39,164 nt of DNA from the sequence record SRR2962707_2486; one strand, 5' to 3'. Made by a program: the position numbers and the translations under genes. This document shows positions 8,783-18,892 of the stretch, piece by piece (position 1 is the first letter of the stretch; every line of letters starts with the position of its first letter). Below the pieces are notes generated by a model that did not search any database, had not been told where the DNA came from, and saw nothing but the letters and a program-made list of their open reading frames with translations.

Positions 8783-11338
8783 ATGAAAGATGCAGCCCCT
8801 CAAACGATTTACCTCAAGGACTACACCCCATTCGGCTACATCGTTCAAGCCGTAGATCTGCGCTTCGAGCTTCATCCAACGAAAACCCGGGTCCACAGCA
8901 AAATTCATTTCGCCCCAAACCCCGACAGCGCCGATGATCGCACATTTTTTCTACATGGCGAAGAACTTAGCCTGATTTCTGCGCGCATAGACGGCGTCTC
9001 GGTTACGCCAACGCTGTCACCTCAGGGCCTGACCTGTGACGTTCCTGATGCACCTTTCGTCTTTGAGGCCGAAGTCGAAATCGCCCCGGAGAACAATACC
9101 GCGCTCGAAGGGCTTTACATGTCCAACGGCATGTATTGCACCCAATGCGAAGCCGAAGGCTTTCGCAAAATCACCTATTATCCTGATCGCCCGGACGTGA
9201 TGGCAACTTTCACTGTGCGCATTGAAGGTGACGAAGCCGTTAAGCTCTCAAACGGAAATCCGACAAACAGCGGCGAAGGATGGGCGGAATGGCATGACCC
9301 CTGGCCAAAACCCGCTTACCTGTTCGCCTTGGTCGCTGGCGATTTGATCAACCATCCCGGTCAATTCACAACCGCGTCAGGCCGCGACGTCGAACTGAAC
9401 ATCTGGGTCCGCCCCGGCGACGAGGACAAATGCGCCTTCGGCATGGAAGCCCTGCGTCAGTCTATGGCTTGGGATGAAAAAGTTTACGGACGCGAATATG
9501 ATCTGGACATCTTCAACATTGTCGCCGTCGATGATTTCAACATGGGCGCGATGGAAAACAAGGGACTGAATATCTTCAACAGTTCCTGCGTTTTAGCCAG
9601 CCCCGAAACCTCGACAGATGCCAATTTTGAACGTATCGAAGCGATAATTGCCCATGAGTATTTTCACAACTGGACAGGCAACCGGATCACCTGTCGCGAT
9701 TGGTTTCAGCTTTGCCTCAAAGAAGGCTTAACCGTCTACCGCGACAGCCAGTTCACGTCGGACATGCGGGGCCCCGAGGTCAAGCGGATCAATGATGTGA
9801 TCGAATTACGCGCGCGTCAGTTCCCCGAAGACCAAGGCCCCCTCAGCCATCCTGTCCGCCCCGAAAGCTTTCAGGAAATCAACAATTTTTATACGGCAAC
9901 AATCTATGAAAAAGGGGCCGAAGTCATCGGGATGCTCAAACTCCTGGTTGGCGATGCCGCCTATTCTAAGGCGCTTGATCTTTACTTTGACCGCCATGAC
10001 GGTGACGCTGCCACTATCGAAGATTGGATTCAGGTGTTCGAGGAGTCGACCGGCCGAGACCTCACCCAGTTCAAGCTTTGGTATTCGCAATCCGGCACAC
10101 CGCGCCTGACGGTCGAGGAAGCATGGAAAGACGGCACATTTACCCTGACCTTCAAACAACACACACCGCCGACGCCAGGCAACACCGTCAAAGACCCCAA
10201 AGTCCTGCCAATCGCTGTGGGCCTGCTGGGTCCGAAGGGAGACGAGGTGATGCCGACCACAGTGTTGGAAATGACCAAGGCTCAGCAAAGCTTTGCTTTC
10301 CCCGACCTGGCCGCCCGCCCCATCCCGTCAATCCTGCGTGGGTTTTCGGCCCCGGTTGTTTTAGACCGCGAAACCACAGCTCAGGAACAGGCGTTTCTCG
10401 TCACCCATGACACAGATGCCTTCAACCGCTGGGAAGCCAACCGTAATCTAGCGCGCACCGGGTTGACCGCGATGATCTGTGACAACGCCGCGCCAGATGA
10501 GGCGTGGTTGAACGGATTGGAAAAGGTAATCTCTGACAAAGATTTGGATCCCGCCTTTCGCGCGTTGATGCTGGCCGGGCCCAGTCAGGCTGAAATGGCC
10601 CAGGTGCTACATGAAAAGGGCGTCACACCGGACCCAGACGCAATTTGGTCCGCAAATGACCTCTTGTCCCAGACCATGGCCGATCGCTGGCAATCGATGA
10701 TATCCCTTCTGTTGGCGGAAACGGAAATCACTCAAACTTACAGCCCAGACGCCACGCAAGCGGGAAAACGCGCCTTGGGCGCGGCTGCCCTCGCTTTACA
10801 AACCCGGCTGGACGGTGGCGCGACGGCAAAAGCACAATATGACACCGCAGATAACATGACCCTGCAACTGTCGGCCCTGACCTGTTTGGTGCGTGCAGGG
10901 GCAGATGCCGAGCCTTTGGCGGATTTTGCACAGCGCTGGTCGCAGGATCGCCTGGTCATGGACAAGTGGTTTGGCATGCAGATCGCCGCCACATCACCAG
11001 AAAAAGCTGCAGATCGCGCCCTTACATTGACCACCCATTCGGATTTCGACTGGAAAAACCCCAACCGCTTCCGCGCCGTCTTTGGCGCGCTGGTGATGAA
11101 TCACGCCGGGTTCCACCGGGCCGATGGCGCCGCCTATGACCTATTGGCGGACTGGCTGATTATTCTGGATGACAAAAACCCACAAACCACCGCCCGCATG
11201 TGCAGTGCCTTCCAGACATGGCGTCGTTACGACACCAAACGCCAACTGAAAATGCGCAGCGCTCTGGAACGAATTGCGGCAAAACCAAATCTGAGCCGCG
11301 ATGCCAATGAAATGGTGGGCCGTATCCTGGCAGGATAA
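8783..11338 (+). CDS. pepN: Aminopeptidase N (M1 family)
   Basis: Start ATG 8783 after GGAG; CTQCEAEGFR, GAMENKGLNIFN, HEYFH...LKEG zinc motif, KNPNR C-terminal region. Confidence 0.98.
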   Translation: MKDAAPQTIYLKDYTPFGYIVQAVDLRFELHPTKTRVHSKIHFAPNPDSADDRTFFLHGEELSLISARIDGVSVTPTLSPQGLTCDVPDAPFVFEAEVEIAPENNTALEGLYMSNGMYCTQCEAEGFRKITYYPDRPDVMATFTVRIEGDEAVKLSNGNPTNSGEGWAEWHDPWPKPAYLFALVAGDLINHPGQFTTASGRDVELNIWVRPGDEDKCAFGMEALRQSMAWDEKVYGREYDLDIFNIVAVDDFNMGAMENKGLNIFNSSCVLASPETSTDANFERIEAIIAHEYFHNWTGNRITCRDWFQLCLKEGLTVYRDSQFTSDMRGPEVKRINDVIELRARQFPEDQGPLSHPVRPESFQEINNFYTATIYEKGAEVIGMLKLLVGDAAYSKALDLYFDRHDGDAATIEDWIQVFEESTGRDLTQFKLWYSQSGTPRLTVEEAWKDGTFTLTFKQHTPPTPGNTVKDPKVLPIAVGLLGPKGDEVMPTTVLEMTKAQQSFAFPDLAARPIPSILRGFSAPVVLDRETTAQEQAFLVTHDTDAFNRWEANRNLARTGLTAMICDNAAPDEAWLNGLEKVISDKDLDPAFRALMLAGPSQAEMAQVLHEKGVTPDPDAIWSANDLLSQTMADRWQSMISLLLAETEITQTYSPDATQAGKRALGAAALALQTRLDGGATAKAQYDTADNMTLQLSALTCLVRAGADAEPLADFAQRWSQDRLVMDKWFGMQIAATSPEKAADRALTLTTHSDFDWKNPNRFRAVFGALVMNHAGFHRADGAAYDLLADWLIILDDKNPQTTARMCSAFQTWRRYDTKRQLKMRSALERIAAKPNLSRDANEMVGRILAG

Positions 11339-11369
11339 GACAGCCGGAACATCTTTCTCTCCTGTTCCA

Positions 11370-11391
11370 TTCATCTTTCCAATAAATACTC
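11370..11391 (+). repeat. Dispersed intergenic repeat, copy E (subtype 2, core only)
   Basis: TTCATCTTTCCAATAAATACTC resembles the reverse complement of copy D (TTCATCTTTCTGAAAATACTC); lacks the GC hairpin. Confidence 0.6.
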
Positions 11392-11592
11392 AAAAGCAGC
11401 CCCTTAGCGCAGCATATCACGACCTAAAGTGATCTTGCGCTAAGGCCACAAAGGGCGAAGACGGCCCCAATCCTTTCGGGCCACACTGATCTCTGGTAAG
11501 CTAACCACGTCGACTGATGTCAACCTCAGCCCCCGACCTCCAGCCAGACATGAGACTCGCAAAAGCCACGCCTAAGACAAGGAAACTTTGTA

Positions 11593-12333
11593 ATGCCCCC
11601 TATTCTCCTGATCACTGGTGGAAGCTCTGGTATCGGTGCTGCGACTGCTTTGCTTGCCGCCGAACACGGCTATGAAAGAATTGTCATTACATACAATCAG
11701 GATTCCGACGGGGCAGACCGGGTCGCCAAAACCCTAATGGATCAAGGCATCGACGCCCATGCGGTGCAATCGGATGTTACCAATCCCGACAGCACGGCTC
11801 AGCTGTTCGATTTTTTGCGCAGGTTACCCAGCGGCCCTTTGCATTTGGTGAACAACGCCGGCACGGTATCCCCTCAGGGTTCCATTGCCGATCTGACTCC
11901 TGACAGGGTCGAGAAAGTCTTTGCTGTGAACGTCTTTGGCGCAATTGAAGTTGTCCGCCAAGCTGTGGCCTTTATGCGTGACAATCAGGGCGGCCATATC
12001 GTCAATATCTCCTCTGCAGCGGCACGTCTGGGCAGCGCAAATCTGTTTGTGGACTATGCCGCCTCTAAAGGGGCCATCGATACGTTTACCTTGGGACTCG
12101 CCGATGAATTGGCGGAAGAAGGAATCCGTGTGAACGCCATTCGGCCGGGCCTCATCGACACGGCGATCCACGCCAAGGGCGGCATCCCCGATCGTTTGGA
12201 ACAAATTGGACACACGCCTCCTATGGGGCGCCCCGGGAGCGCAAATGAAGTGGCACAAGGCATTTTGTGGCTGCTGTCAGACAAGGCGAGTTACGTCACA
12301 CGGTCCATTCTGGACATCGCCGGCGGGCGCTAA
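11593..12333 (+). CDS. SDR family oxidoreductase
   Basis: TGGSSGIG, VNNAG, YAASK, IRPGLIDT. Confidence 0.93.
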   Translation: MPPILLITGGSSGIGAATALLAAEHGYERIVITYNQDSDGADRVAKTLMDQGIDAHAVQSDVTNPDSTAQLFDFLRRLPSGPLHLVNNAGTVSPQGSIADLTPDRVEKVFAVNVFGAIEVVRQAVAFMRDNQGGHIVNISSAAARLGSANLFVDYAASKGAIDTFTLGLADELAEEGIRVNAIRPGLIDTAIHAKGGIPDRLEQIGHTPPMGRPGSANEVAQGILWLLSDKASYVTRSILDIAGGR

Positions 12334-12486
12334 ACCAGAGACGTCCGAACAAGGCAGAAACGTTCAGGTTTCGGGCGCGTTTCACAGAGAAAACCCGCGC
12401 GGAAGAAAGGGCCGATTTAGCGTGTCGTCATCAAAGGTTTTCAACACTGTCATTTAGGCGTTTCAAAACGATGGCTTTGTTTGAGT

Positions 12487-13362
12487 ATGGAAGACCGCAT
12501 AGACCCCTTGATTCGAGAGCGGGCGCGCTGGCTGTTCTCAGATCACCTCGCTGCGCGGCAGGCTCGGTATGCCCTGCATGCCCTTTTGGGTTACCGGCAA
12601 ACCGTCGCATTGGCCCAAAGTCTGGCTGACCTGCCCTCCGATCAAATCATGGCCAGAATGGCAAATCTTCTGGCCAAGCAAGTGAACGTCACGGGCCTTG
12701 ATCATCTTCCCAAACATGGGGCAGCACTGGTTGTGGCCAACCATCCGACCGGCATCGCCGACGGGATTATCCTGCATCACGTGTTGGCCGCGCACAGATC
12801 AGATGCGTTTTATTTCGCCAACCAAGATATTCTGCGCGTGTTGCCTCAGATGCATGACATAATCGCGCCCGTTGAATGGCGCCATGAAAAGCGCAGCCAC
12901 GCAAAAACCCGCGAAACAATGGCGTACACCCGAAAGGCTGTTGGCCAAGGGCGCCTTGGGGTGATCTTCCCCTCAGGGCGCTTGGCAAAACGTCGGGGAC
13001 TAAAACTTTATGAACGTCCGTGGATGGCGTCCGCCGCCATGATCGCGCGGAAATTCGATTTACCAATTGTTCCAATCAACATTAGCGCCCGCAATTCAGC
13101 ACTCTTTTACTTGTTCGATTTGATACACCCCTCTTTGCGCGACATTACTTTGTTTCACGAGACTCTCAATAAACACAAACAACCATATCGTGTACGAATT
13201 GGCGAACCCATTTCGGCCACTGCCCTGCCCAATCGCTCTGAAGAGGGAATCGAAATGCTGCGCCGGGCGACACTGGACCTCAGTGGGCCGAGCGCTCCGA
13301 ACCTGTCGCTGATTCACAGCAGCCGCCGCCCTTTCTGGCTTAAGGCGTTGCGGACGTCTTAG
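12487..13362 (+). CDS. Lysophospholipid acyltransferase (PlsC-like LPLAT) family protein
   Basis: VVANHPTGIADG catalytic block, IFPSG, PIVP motifs; ATG at 12487. Confidence 0.85.
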   Translation: MEDRIDPLIRERARWLFSDHLAARQARYALHALLGYRQTVALAQSLADLPSDQIMARMANLLAKQVNVTGLDHLPKHGAALVVANHPTGIADGIILHHVLAAHRSDAFYFANQDILRVLPQMHDIIAPVEWRHEKRSHAKTRETMAYTRKAVGQGRLGVIFPSGRLAKRRGLKLYERPWMASAAMIARKFDLPIVPINISARNSALFYLFDLIHPSLRDITLFHETLNKHKQPYRVRIGEPISATALPNRSEEGIEMLRRATLDLSGPSAPNLSLIHSSRRPFWLKALRTS

Positions 13363-14059
13363 GAGGTAACAAAGGACTGGCATCATCAAGCGCCTGGCGG
13401 ACATCTGGCAACGGACGGGCAACCGGTCGCAAAGAGCGGGACAGCCCCTGACAATAGGATTGTTTGCGAACCCATTGCATCATGTCTTCTCGTTTGCGAC
13501 GGCTGTGAAATGGGCCCCAGTCAGCGGCAACCCCCCTCATTCCCCGCGAAACAACGCCGTCACGGGCAACAGTATGTGCCATAATTCTAAGTCCGCAAGA
13601 CAAGTTGGCCGCACCGTTTTTCAGGGCCGACCCGCTTTTTGCTTTGCATTTATAACCCCTTGCAGTGGCGGGAAGAATTTGGAGAAGACCATACCATCTG
13701 CCACCACCTCCGACCGCTTGGGGCCGATACGTACTTTCATGTTTGGCCAAGGTTGAAATCAACCCAACCCAAAAAGCCTCGCGCTCAGCGCGGGTAGCAC
13801 CAGCATATGAGGGGCACCACGCGTTGATATCCTTTGGTACTATTTCTGTCAGCTCGCGGGCATGCCCCCTTAAAGCCATCACAGCGGCACGCGACCATGT
13901 TGATGATCCAGCCACCTGGTCCCAGCGTGCCGAGAAAACCAAATCGTGGCGCACCATAGGCCGCACAGAGCTCTGCGGCGCCTCCGGATAGACAACACCT
14001 TCGTCGGCGTAACTGGCAGATGCCGAAAATATTAAACAAAAACTAAATATCTTTATCAT
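13340..14059 (-). CDS. Secreted lytic transglycosylase (SLT domain) protein
   Basis: Signal peptide; AKHES (catalytic Glu), GLLQILPATA, NLSCG; overlaps the convergent acyltransferase 3' end by 23 nt. Confidence 0.85.
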   Translation of the reverse strand: MIKIFSFCLIFSASASYADEGVVYPEAPQSSVRPMVRHDLVFSARWDQVAGSSTWSRAAVMALRGHARELTEIVPKDINAWCPSYAGATRAEREAFWVGLISTLAKHESTYRPQAVGGGGRWYGLLQILPATARGYKCKAKSGSALKNGAANLSCGLRIMAHTVARDGVVSRGMRGVAADWGPFHSRRKREDMMQWVRKQSYCQGLSRSLRPVARPLPDVRQALDDASPLLPPKTSATP

Positions 14060-14232
14060 TTTGCCATTAAGTCGGCAAAACTCAAAAACAACAAGGGAAC
14101 CGCTTAAATTCGCCCTTTTTCGGCAAAGTTTTCCAATTCTGCCCTATAGGTTTTTTCCAAGAAAACCGACATTTCTTGCGAACTCCTCTTTCGTGCCTTC
14201 TTTGAGCCAAATTGCACATCGATAAATTACGC

Positions 14233-15534
14233 ATGACACATCGTGCTTCACAAATGCTCTCGCGCAATCTGCCGTCCCGGATCGCTCCGTTGCTGGACCA
14301 GTTTCGCGCCCCATTTAACCCTCAGCAATCCCGGTTGCGGGCCGATTTGCGTCAGCGTTTGGCAGGCAAGCCAGCGCAGGACGAACATCTGCCGCCGCTG
14401 CAGCCGCGTCTTGTGGTGCCGATGGTGGAAAAAACGCCAGAGCAAACGGAATACGATCTGTATTTCGATCAGGCACAATTTCTGGCACGCCAGGAAAACT
14501 GGGCTGAGCTGGGACGGTTGATCCGCAGCTTTGACTCCGCGCGGTCTTCCACTGCCGGAGGCCTGCCAGTTGCCGAGATCCTCGCCTTGGGGGCACGCGC
14601 CGACGCGGTTTCCGCTGCGATCGAAGCCGTGGGCAATTATGACTATGAAGGCGCGCGCCTTCCGTTGCTTGCGCTTGAAGACGTATTTGATGAACTTAGC
14701 CTTGATCACGGCGTTGCCCTGGTTGTGGCCATGGCCCATATCGACATCGGCTGGGCTTGGCGCGGCGAAGGATGGACAAACGAATTACCTCCCGAGCACA
14801 GGGCAGCCTTTCACGCGCACTTTAAAATTGCGGCGCGGATCATTGACCGTTTCGACGCCTTTGAACTGGATGCGCCTTCTTTAGCTGCCGCTCGCTGCGC
14901 ATTGCTGGCCGCTGAAAACGCCCCCCGCAATCGGGTATGTGATGACTATGAAGACCTGATTGATATGGACCCGGCCAGCCCGCGCCATATGAGAGCCATG
15001 GGCAACCACCTTTTGCCGCGCTGGTTTGGAACCTACACTGCCTTGGATTATGAAGCCCGCCGGGTGGCTGCCCGCACCTCAGACATTTGGGGCAATGGTG
15101 GTTACACTTGGGTTTACTTTGATGCGCTTACCGTCGACCCAAAAGCATTGATATCTCTGGATGTTGACCTCTTTATCGCAGGCATGAAAGACATCCTTGA
15201 TCGCCTCCCGACTCAGCACTATGCGAATCTTATGGCGGCCTTCACCGGGCAAACAATGTCTGGTTCGTTTGAGCCCGGCTCTGCACAGGATCGCATTTCC
15301 AAGTGCTTTGATTGGATCGCGCGTGAGCATTTGACCGAGATTCACCCCATAGTTTGGATGAGCCTGCCCACTGCCGTTGGTCTCATCAACGACGAAACGA
15401 AACTCCCTGATCAACACAGATTGGGACGGGTCCGTGCCCTGTCGACATTGGCCCAGCATTTTGCGCCACAAATCGAAAAAGGCTTCCGCGTGGTGTTTGA
15501 CGCCGAAGGATTCCGTTTGGATAGCGCACACTGA
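14233..15534 (+). CDS. Hypothetical protein, DUF4034-like helical protein
   Basis: Long clean ORF; GWAWRG and LLPRWFG motifs recall DUF4034; start uncertain (14212, 14233 or 14254). Confidence 0.65.
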   Translation: MTHRASQMLSRNLPSRIAPLLDQFRAPFNPQQSRLRADLRQRLAGKPAQDEHLPPLQPRLVVPMVEKTPEQTEYDLYFDQAQFLARQENWAELGRLIRSFDSARSSTAGGLPVAEILALGARADAVSAAIEAVGNYDYEGARLPLLALEDVFDELSLDHGVALVVAMAHIDIGWAWRGEGWTNELPPEHRAAFHAHFKIAARIIDRFDAFELDAPSLAAARCALLAAENAPRNRVCDDYEDLIDMDPASPRHMRAMGNHLLPRWFGTYTALDYEARRVAARTSDIWGNGGYTWVYFDALTVDPKALISLDVDLFIAGMKDILDRLPTQHYANLMAAFTGQTMSGSFEPGSAQDRISKCFDWIAREHLTEIHPIVWMSLPTAVGLINDETKLPDQHRLGRVRALSTLAQHFAPQIEKGFRVVFDAEGFRLDSAH

Positions 15535-15596
15535 CCCCTTGCCCCGACTGACCCCCTGACTTAGAACCGCTGCCAAACCGTTTACACGAGGGCGTC

Positions 15597-17111
15597 ATGC
15601 TGGATCTGAGCTTTGAGTCACCGAAACCCAAGGTCATCGCCGGGGCAAAATACGATTGGGAATTGGTCATTGGGATGGAAGTCCATGCCCAAGTCGCAAG
15701 CCAATCGAAACTTTTCTCAGGTGCATCGACCAAATTTGGCGCCGAGCCAAATTCCAACGTCGCCTTTGTGGATTCTGCGATGCCCGGCATGCTGCCAGTC
15801 ATCAATGAATTCTGCGTGGAGCAAGCCGTTCGCACCGGATTGGGATTGAAAGCGCAGATCAATCTGAAATCTGCCTTTGACCGCAAGAACTACTTCTATC
15901 CGGATTTACCGCAAGGGTATCAGATTTCGCAGCTCTATGAACCCATTGTGGGCGAAGGCGAAGTTATCGTCGACATGGAACCGGGCATTGCCCGCCTTGT
16001 CCGTGTTGAGCGTATTCACATCGAACAGGATGCGGGTAAATCGATTCACGATATGGACCCGAACATGTCCTTCGTGGATCTCAACCGAACCGGTGTCGCG
16101 CTGATGGAAATCGTTTCGATGCCTGACATTCGCGGCCCCGAAGAAGCCGCAGCTTATCTGACCAAGCTCCGTCAGATCCTGCGCTACCTCGGCACCTGTG
16201 ATGGCAACATGCAGAACGGCAGCATGCGCGCAGACGTGAACGTCTCAGTTTGCCGCGCCGGTCAGTACGAAAAATTCCGCGAGAGCGGGGATTTCTCGCA
16301 TCTGGGTACGCGCTGTGAGTTAAAGAACATGAACTCTATGCGGTTCATTCAAATGGCCATCGACTTCGAAGCCCGACGTCAGATTGGTATTTTGGAAGCG
16401 GGCGGTGAGATTCACCAAGAAACGCGCCTTTATGATGCAGATAAGAACGAGACCCGTTCGATGCGATCAAAAGAAGAAGCGCATGATTACCGTTACTTCC
16501 CAGACCCAGATCTTTTGCCGTTGGAAATCGAACAAGCCTGGGTCGATGACATTGCAGCCACCCTGCCCGAGCTTCCTGACGAAAAGAAAGCCCGCTTTGT
16601 CATCGATTTCGGCCTCTCGGAATATGACGCGTCCGTTCTGACCGCCGACACCCAAAGCGCGACCTACTTTGAGGCCGTGGCGAGTGAGGCAGGCGACGGA
16701 AAATTGGCCGCGAACTGGGTCATCAACGAGCTGTTTGGTCGCTTGAAAAAAGAAGACCATGACATCACCGCGTCGCCTGTCTCCCCGACGCAACTTGCCG
16801 GTGTGATCAAATTGATCAAGGCAGGTGATATCAGCGGAAAGATCGCCAAGGATCTTTTTGAGATCGTCTATACAGAAGGGGGCGACCCGGCAGAGATCGT
16901 CGAAGCGCGCGGGATGAAGCAGGTAACAGACACCGGCGCCATCGAAGCTGCGGTTGACGAAATCATCGCGGCCAACCCGGCCCAGGTCGAAAAGGCGAAA
17001 CAGAACCCCAAACTGGCTGGTTGGTTTGTAGGTCAGGTGATGAAAGCCACAGGTGGCAAAGCGAACCCAGCCGCTGTGAACAAGATCGTCAGCGCCAAGC
17101 TCAGCCAGTAG
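15597..17111 (+). CDS. gatB: Asp-tRNA(Asn)/Glu-tRNA(Gln) amidotransferase subunit B
   Basis: [59 protein letters not shown]. Confidence 0.99.
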   Translation: MLDLSFESPKPKVIAGAKYDWELVIGMEVHAQVASQSKLFSGASTKFGAEPNSNVAFVDSAMPGMLPVINEFCVEQAVRTGLGLKAQINLKSAFDRKNYFYPDLPQGYQISQLYEPIVGEGEVIVDMEPGIARLVRVERIHIEQDAGKSIHDMDPNMSFVDLNRTGVALMEIVSMPDIRGPEEAAAYLTKLRQILRYLGTCDGNMQNGSMRADVNVSVCRAGQYEKFRESGDFSHLGTRCELKNMNSMRFIQMAIDFEARRQIGILEAGGEIHQETRLYDADKNETRSMRSKEEAHDYRYFPDPDLLPLEIEQAWVDDIAATLPELPDEKKARFVIDFGLSEYDASVLTADTQSATYFEAVASEAGDGKLAANWVINELFGRLKKEDHDITASPVSPTQLAGVIKLIKAGDISGKIAKDLFEIVYTEGGDPAEIVEARGMKQVTDTGAIEAAVDEIIAANPAQVEKAKQNPKLAGWFVGQVMKATGGKANPAAVNKIVSAKLSQ

Positions 17112-17140
17112 GTGACCTCGGCATCTGTAAGAAATGTCCT

Positions 17141-17169
17141 AAGGCCGTTCTGAAAAGAGCGGCCTTTTT
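17141..17169 (+). terminator. Rho-independent terminator of gatB
   Basis: AAGGCCGTTCT-GAAA-AGAGCGGCCTT followed by Ts, 30 nt after the stop. Confidence 0.85.
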
Positions 17170-17362
17170 CACAGGTTTAGCGCCGCGCTTTCTTGCGACA
17201 TCTATCTGTTTTAGGGATTTCCTTCGTTAAACTGCGGCACAAAAACGGCGAAAGCGATCAGATTGTTCAAGATTTGATACAAATCCTACGCCACCCGTGC
17301 AAAAATTGCAGGAAACAGTACATTAGCAGTTGTAGTGAGTTCAATTGACGTCGGAGAATAAG

Positions 17363-17857
17363 ATGGCTGGATATGAATACAAGGTGGTCCCGTCCCCGAC
17401 AAAAGGGCAAAAAGCAAAGGGGATCCGCAGCGGTGAAGACCGCTTTGCTCATGCTGTGGAGCTTTTGATCAACAAAATGGCCTTGGACGGTTGGGAGTTT
17501 CAAGGATCCGAAACCTTGCCCTCAACCGAACGGTCTGGGCTGACATCTACGACGACATCCTGGAACAATATTTTGGTATTCAGACGGCTGCGGCATGAAG
17601 AGGTGCCGCAGGAAGAGCCGAAACAGCTTTCACCACCGATGCAAGACACTAGCGAGCCGCCAGCTCCGGTGGTTGTCCTTGATGCGCCACAGTTTGAAAC
17701 TTCCGCCGAAGACCTTAAGGAGTTTGACTCTCTGGGACGCCTACTTCAACGGCGCGCCGCACTCCGCGACGAGGTTCCCGAGGCAGAAATTGCGCCAGAG
17801 ATCTCCTCTGACGCAAATGACGTTGAAGACCCCAAGACACCAAACGGCGCAGCTTAG
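17363..17857 (+). CDS. DUF4177-like domain protein with acidic/Pro-rich tail
   Basis: ATG 17363 after GGAG; YEYKVVP...IN.MA.DGWEF...LVFRR pattern. Confidence 0.75.
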   Translation: MAGYEYKVVPSPTKGQKAKGIRSGEDRFAHAVELLINKMALDGWEFQGSETLPSTERSGLTSTTTSWNNILVFRRLRHEEVPQEEPKQLSPPMQDTSEPPAPVVVLDAPQFETSAEDLKEFDSLGRLLQRRAALRDEVPEAEIAPEISSDANDVEDPKTPNGAA

Positions 17858-18123
17858 ACTCCGAGATCCATCGACAAGGCGTGAATCTGTCCCATAAGGT
17901 CTTTGCCGATTGCGGCATGCACGGACCTGTGCTGCGCGATCCGGCTTTGACCATCGAATGAAGATGAGCGGATCACGACATGGAAATGGCTTTCGCCACC
18001 GTCCTGATACCCCGCATGCCCTCTATGTTTTTCGCTGTCATCTGTGACAATTAACTCAGAAGGAGACAACGCGGCCTCGATCCGTTGGCGGATTTCTTCT
18101 ACTCGACTCATTTTTACTGTCAT
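17854..18123 (-). CDS. bolA: BolA family protein
   Basis: DDSEKHRGHAG, HFHVVI.S..F.GQSRIAQHR.V, IHALS. Confidence 0.93.
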   Translation of the reverse strand: MTVKMSRVEEIRQRIEAALSPSELIVTDDSEKHRGHAGYQDGGESHFHVVIRSSSFDGQSRIAQHRSVHAAIGKDLMGQIHALSMDLGV

Positions 18124-18186
18124 GCCCTCTACACTCTCTGCTCAGATAGTCTAAACTCTGGCGTCCGAGTCGAAAAGGTGTTCCCC

Positions 18187-18816
18187 ATGAGCAAATCAGA
18201 TCCCTTTGGTTTTGACATGTCTGTACGGTCGGCCAAAAAGAAGAATCCACGTGGTCGGCGTGGCATGTCGGGCGAATCTGAAACGTCCGTCCGTCTGTGT
18301 GAGCATGAAGGCTGCACAGAGGCAGGTAAATTCCGTGCACCCAAAGCTCCGGATGTACTGGATGACTATTATTGGTTCTGTAAGGACCATGTACGTGAGT
18401 ATAACGCGAAATGGAGTTTCTTCGACGGCAAGACAGAAGCCGAGATGAATGCTCAAAATTCGAAAGACAAAGTCTGGGAACGGGAAACGAAAGATTTCCG
18501 TGACACAGAAGCCCGTGCCTGGGCACGTCTTGGCATTGAAGATCCTCACCAAGTTTTGGGGAACAATGCCACGCGGAACCCGGGAAAGAATGCGAGTGTC
18601 GGTCACACCCGTCGCTTGCCGCCAACTGAACGCCGCGCAATCGAAATTCTTGAGGCCAAAGACAACTGGTCTAAAGCCGACGTTCGCAAGGCCTATAAGT
18701 CGCTGATCAAAGTACTGCACCCCGACATCAATGGCGGTGACCGTTCTCAGGAAGAACAGTTGCAAGAGGTTGTTTGGGCGTGGGACCAGATCAAGGACAG
18801 CCGCAACTTTCGCTAA
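18187..18816 (+). CDS. J-domain (DnaJ family) protein with N-terminal Cys/His cluster
   Basis: ATG 18187; CEHEGC...FCKDH, C-terminal J domain YKSLIKVLHPD; usual neighbour of bolA and cobS. Confidence 0.9.
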   Translation: MSKSDPFGFDMSVRSAKKKNPRGRRGMSGESETSVRLCEHEGCTEAGKFRAPKAPDVLDDYYWFCKDHVREYNAKWSFFDGKTEAEMNAQNSKDKVWERETKDFRDTEARAWARLGIEDPHQVLGNNATRNPGKNASVGHTRRLPPTERRAIEILEAKDNWSKADVRKAYKSLIKVLHPDINGGDRSQEEQLQEVVWAWDQIKDSRNFR

Positions 18817-18836
18817 GCTGCGGCCAACTCAAATGA

Positions 18837-18874
18837 CAAAAATGCCCCGGACAATTGTGTTCCGGGGCTTTTTT
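18837..18874. terminator. Probable bidirectional terminator between the J-domain gene and msrB
   Basis: A-run, GCCCCGGA-N9-TCCGGGGC, TTTTTT between convergent genes. Confidence 0.85.
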
Positions 18875-18892
18875 GTTTTGTGAAGCTTTGTC

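Noticed and set aside
12347-12361. LexA-like GAAC-N7-AAAC
   Set aside because: Imperfect match to the alphaproteobacterial GAAC-N7-GAAC box, and not upstream of a DNA-repair gene.
15597-17111. gatB without gatA/gatC; glcB without aceA
   Set aside because: These genes are commonly unlinked in this group, and absence from one window says nothing about the genome.
17271-17285. Palindrome GATTTG-ATA-CAAATC / weak FNR-like site upstream of the DUF4177 gene
   Set aside because: Short arms and a poor second FNR half-site; cannot be supported without comparative data.
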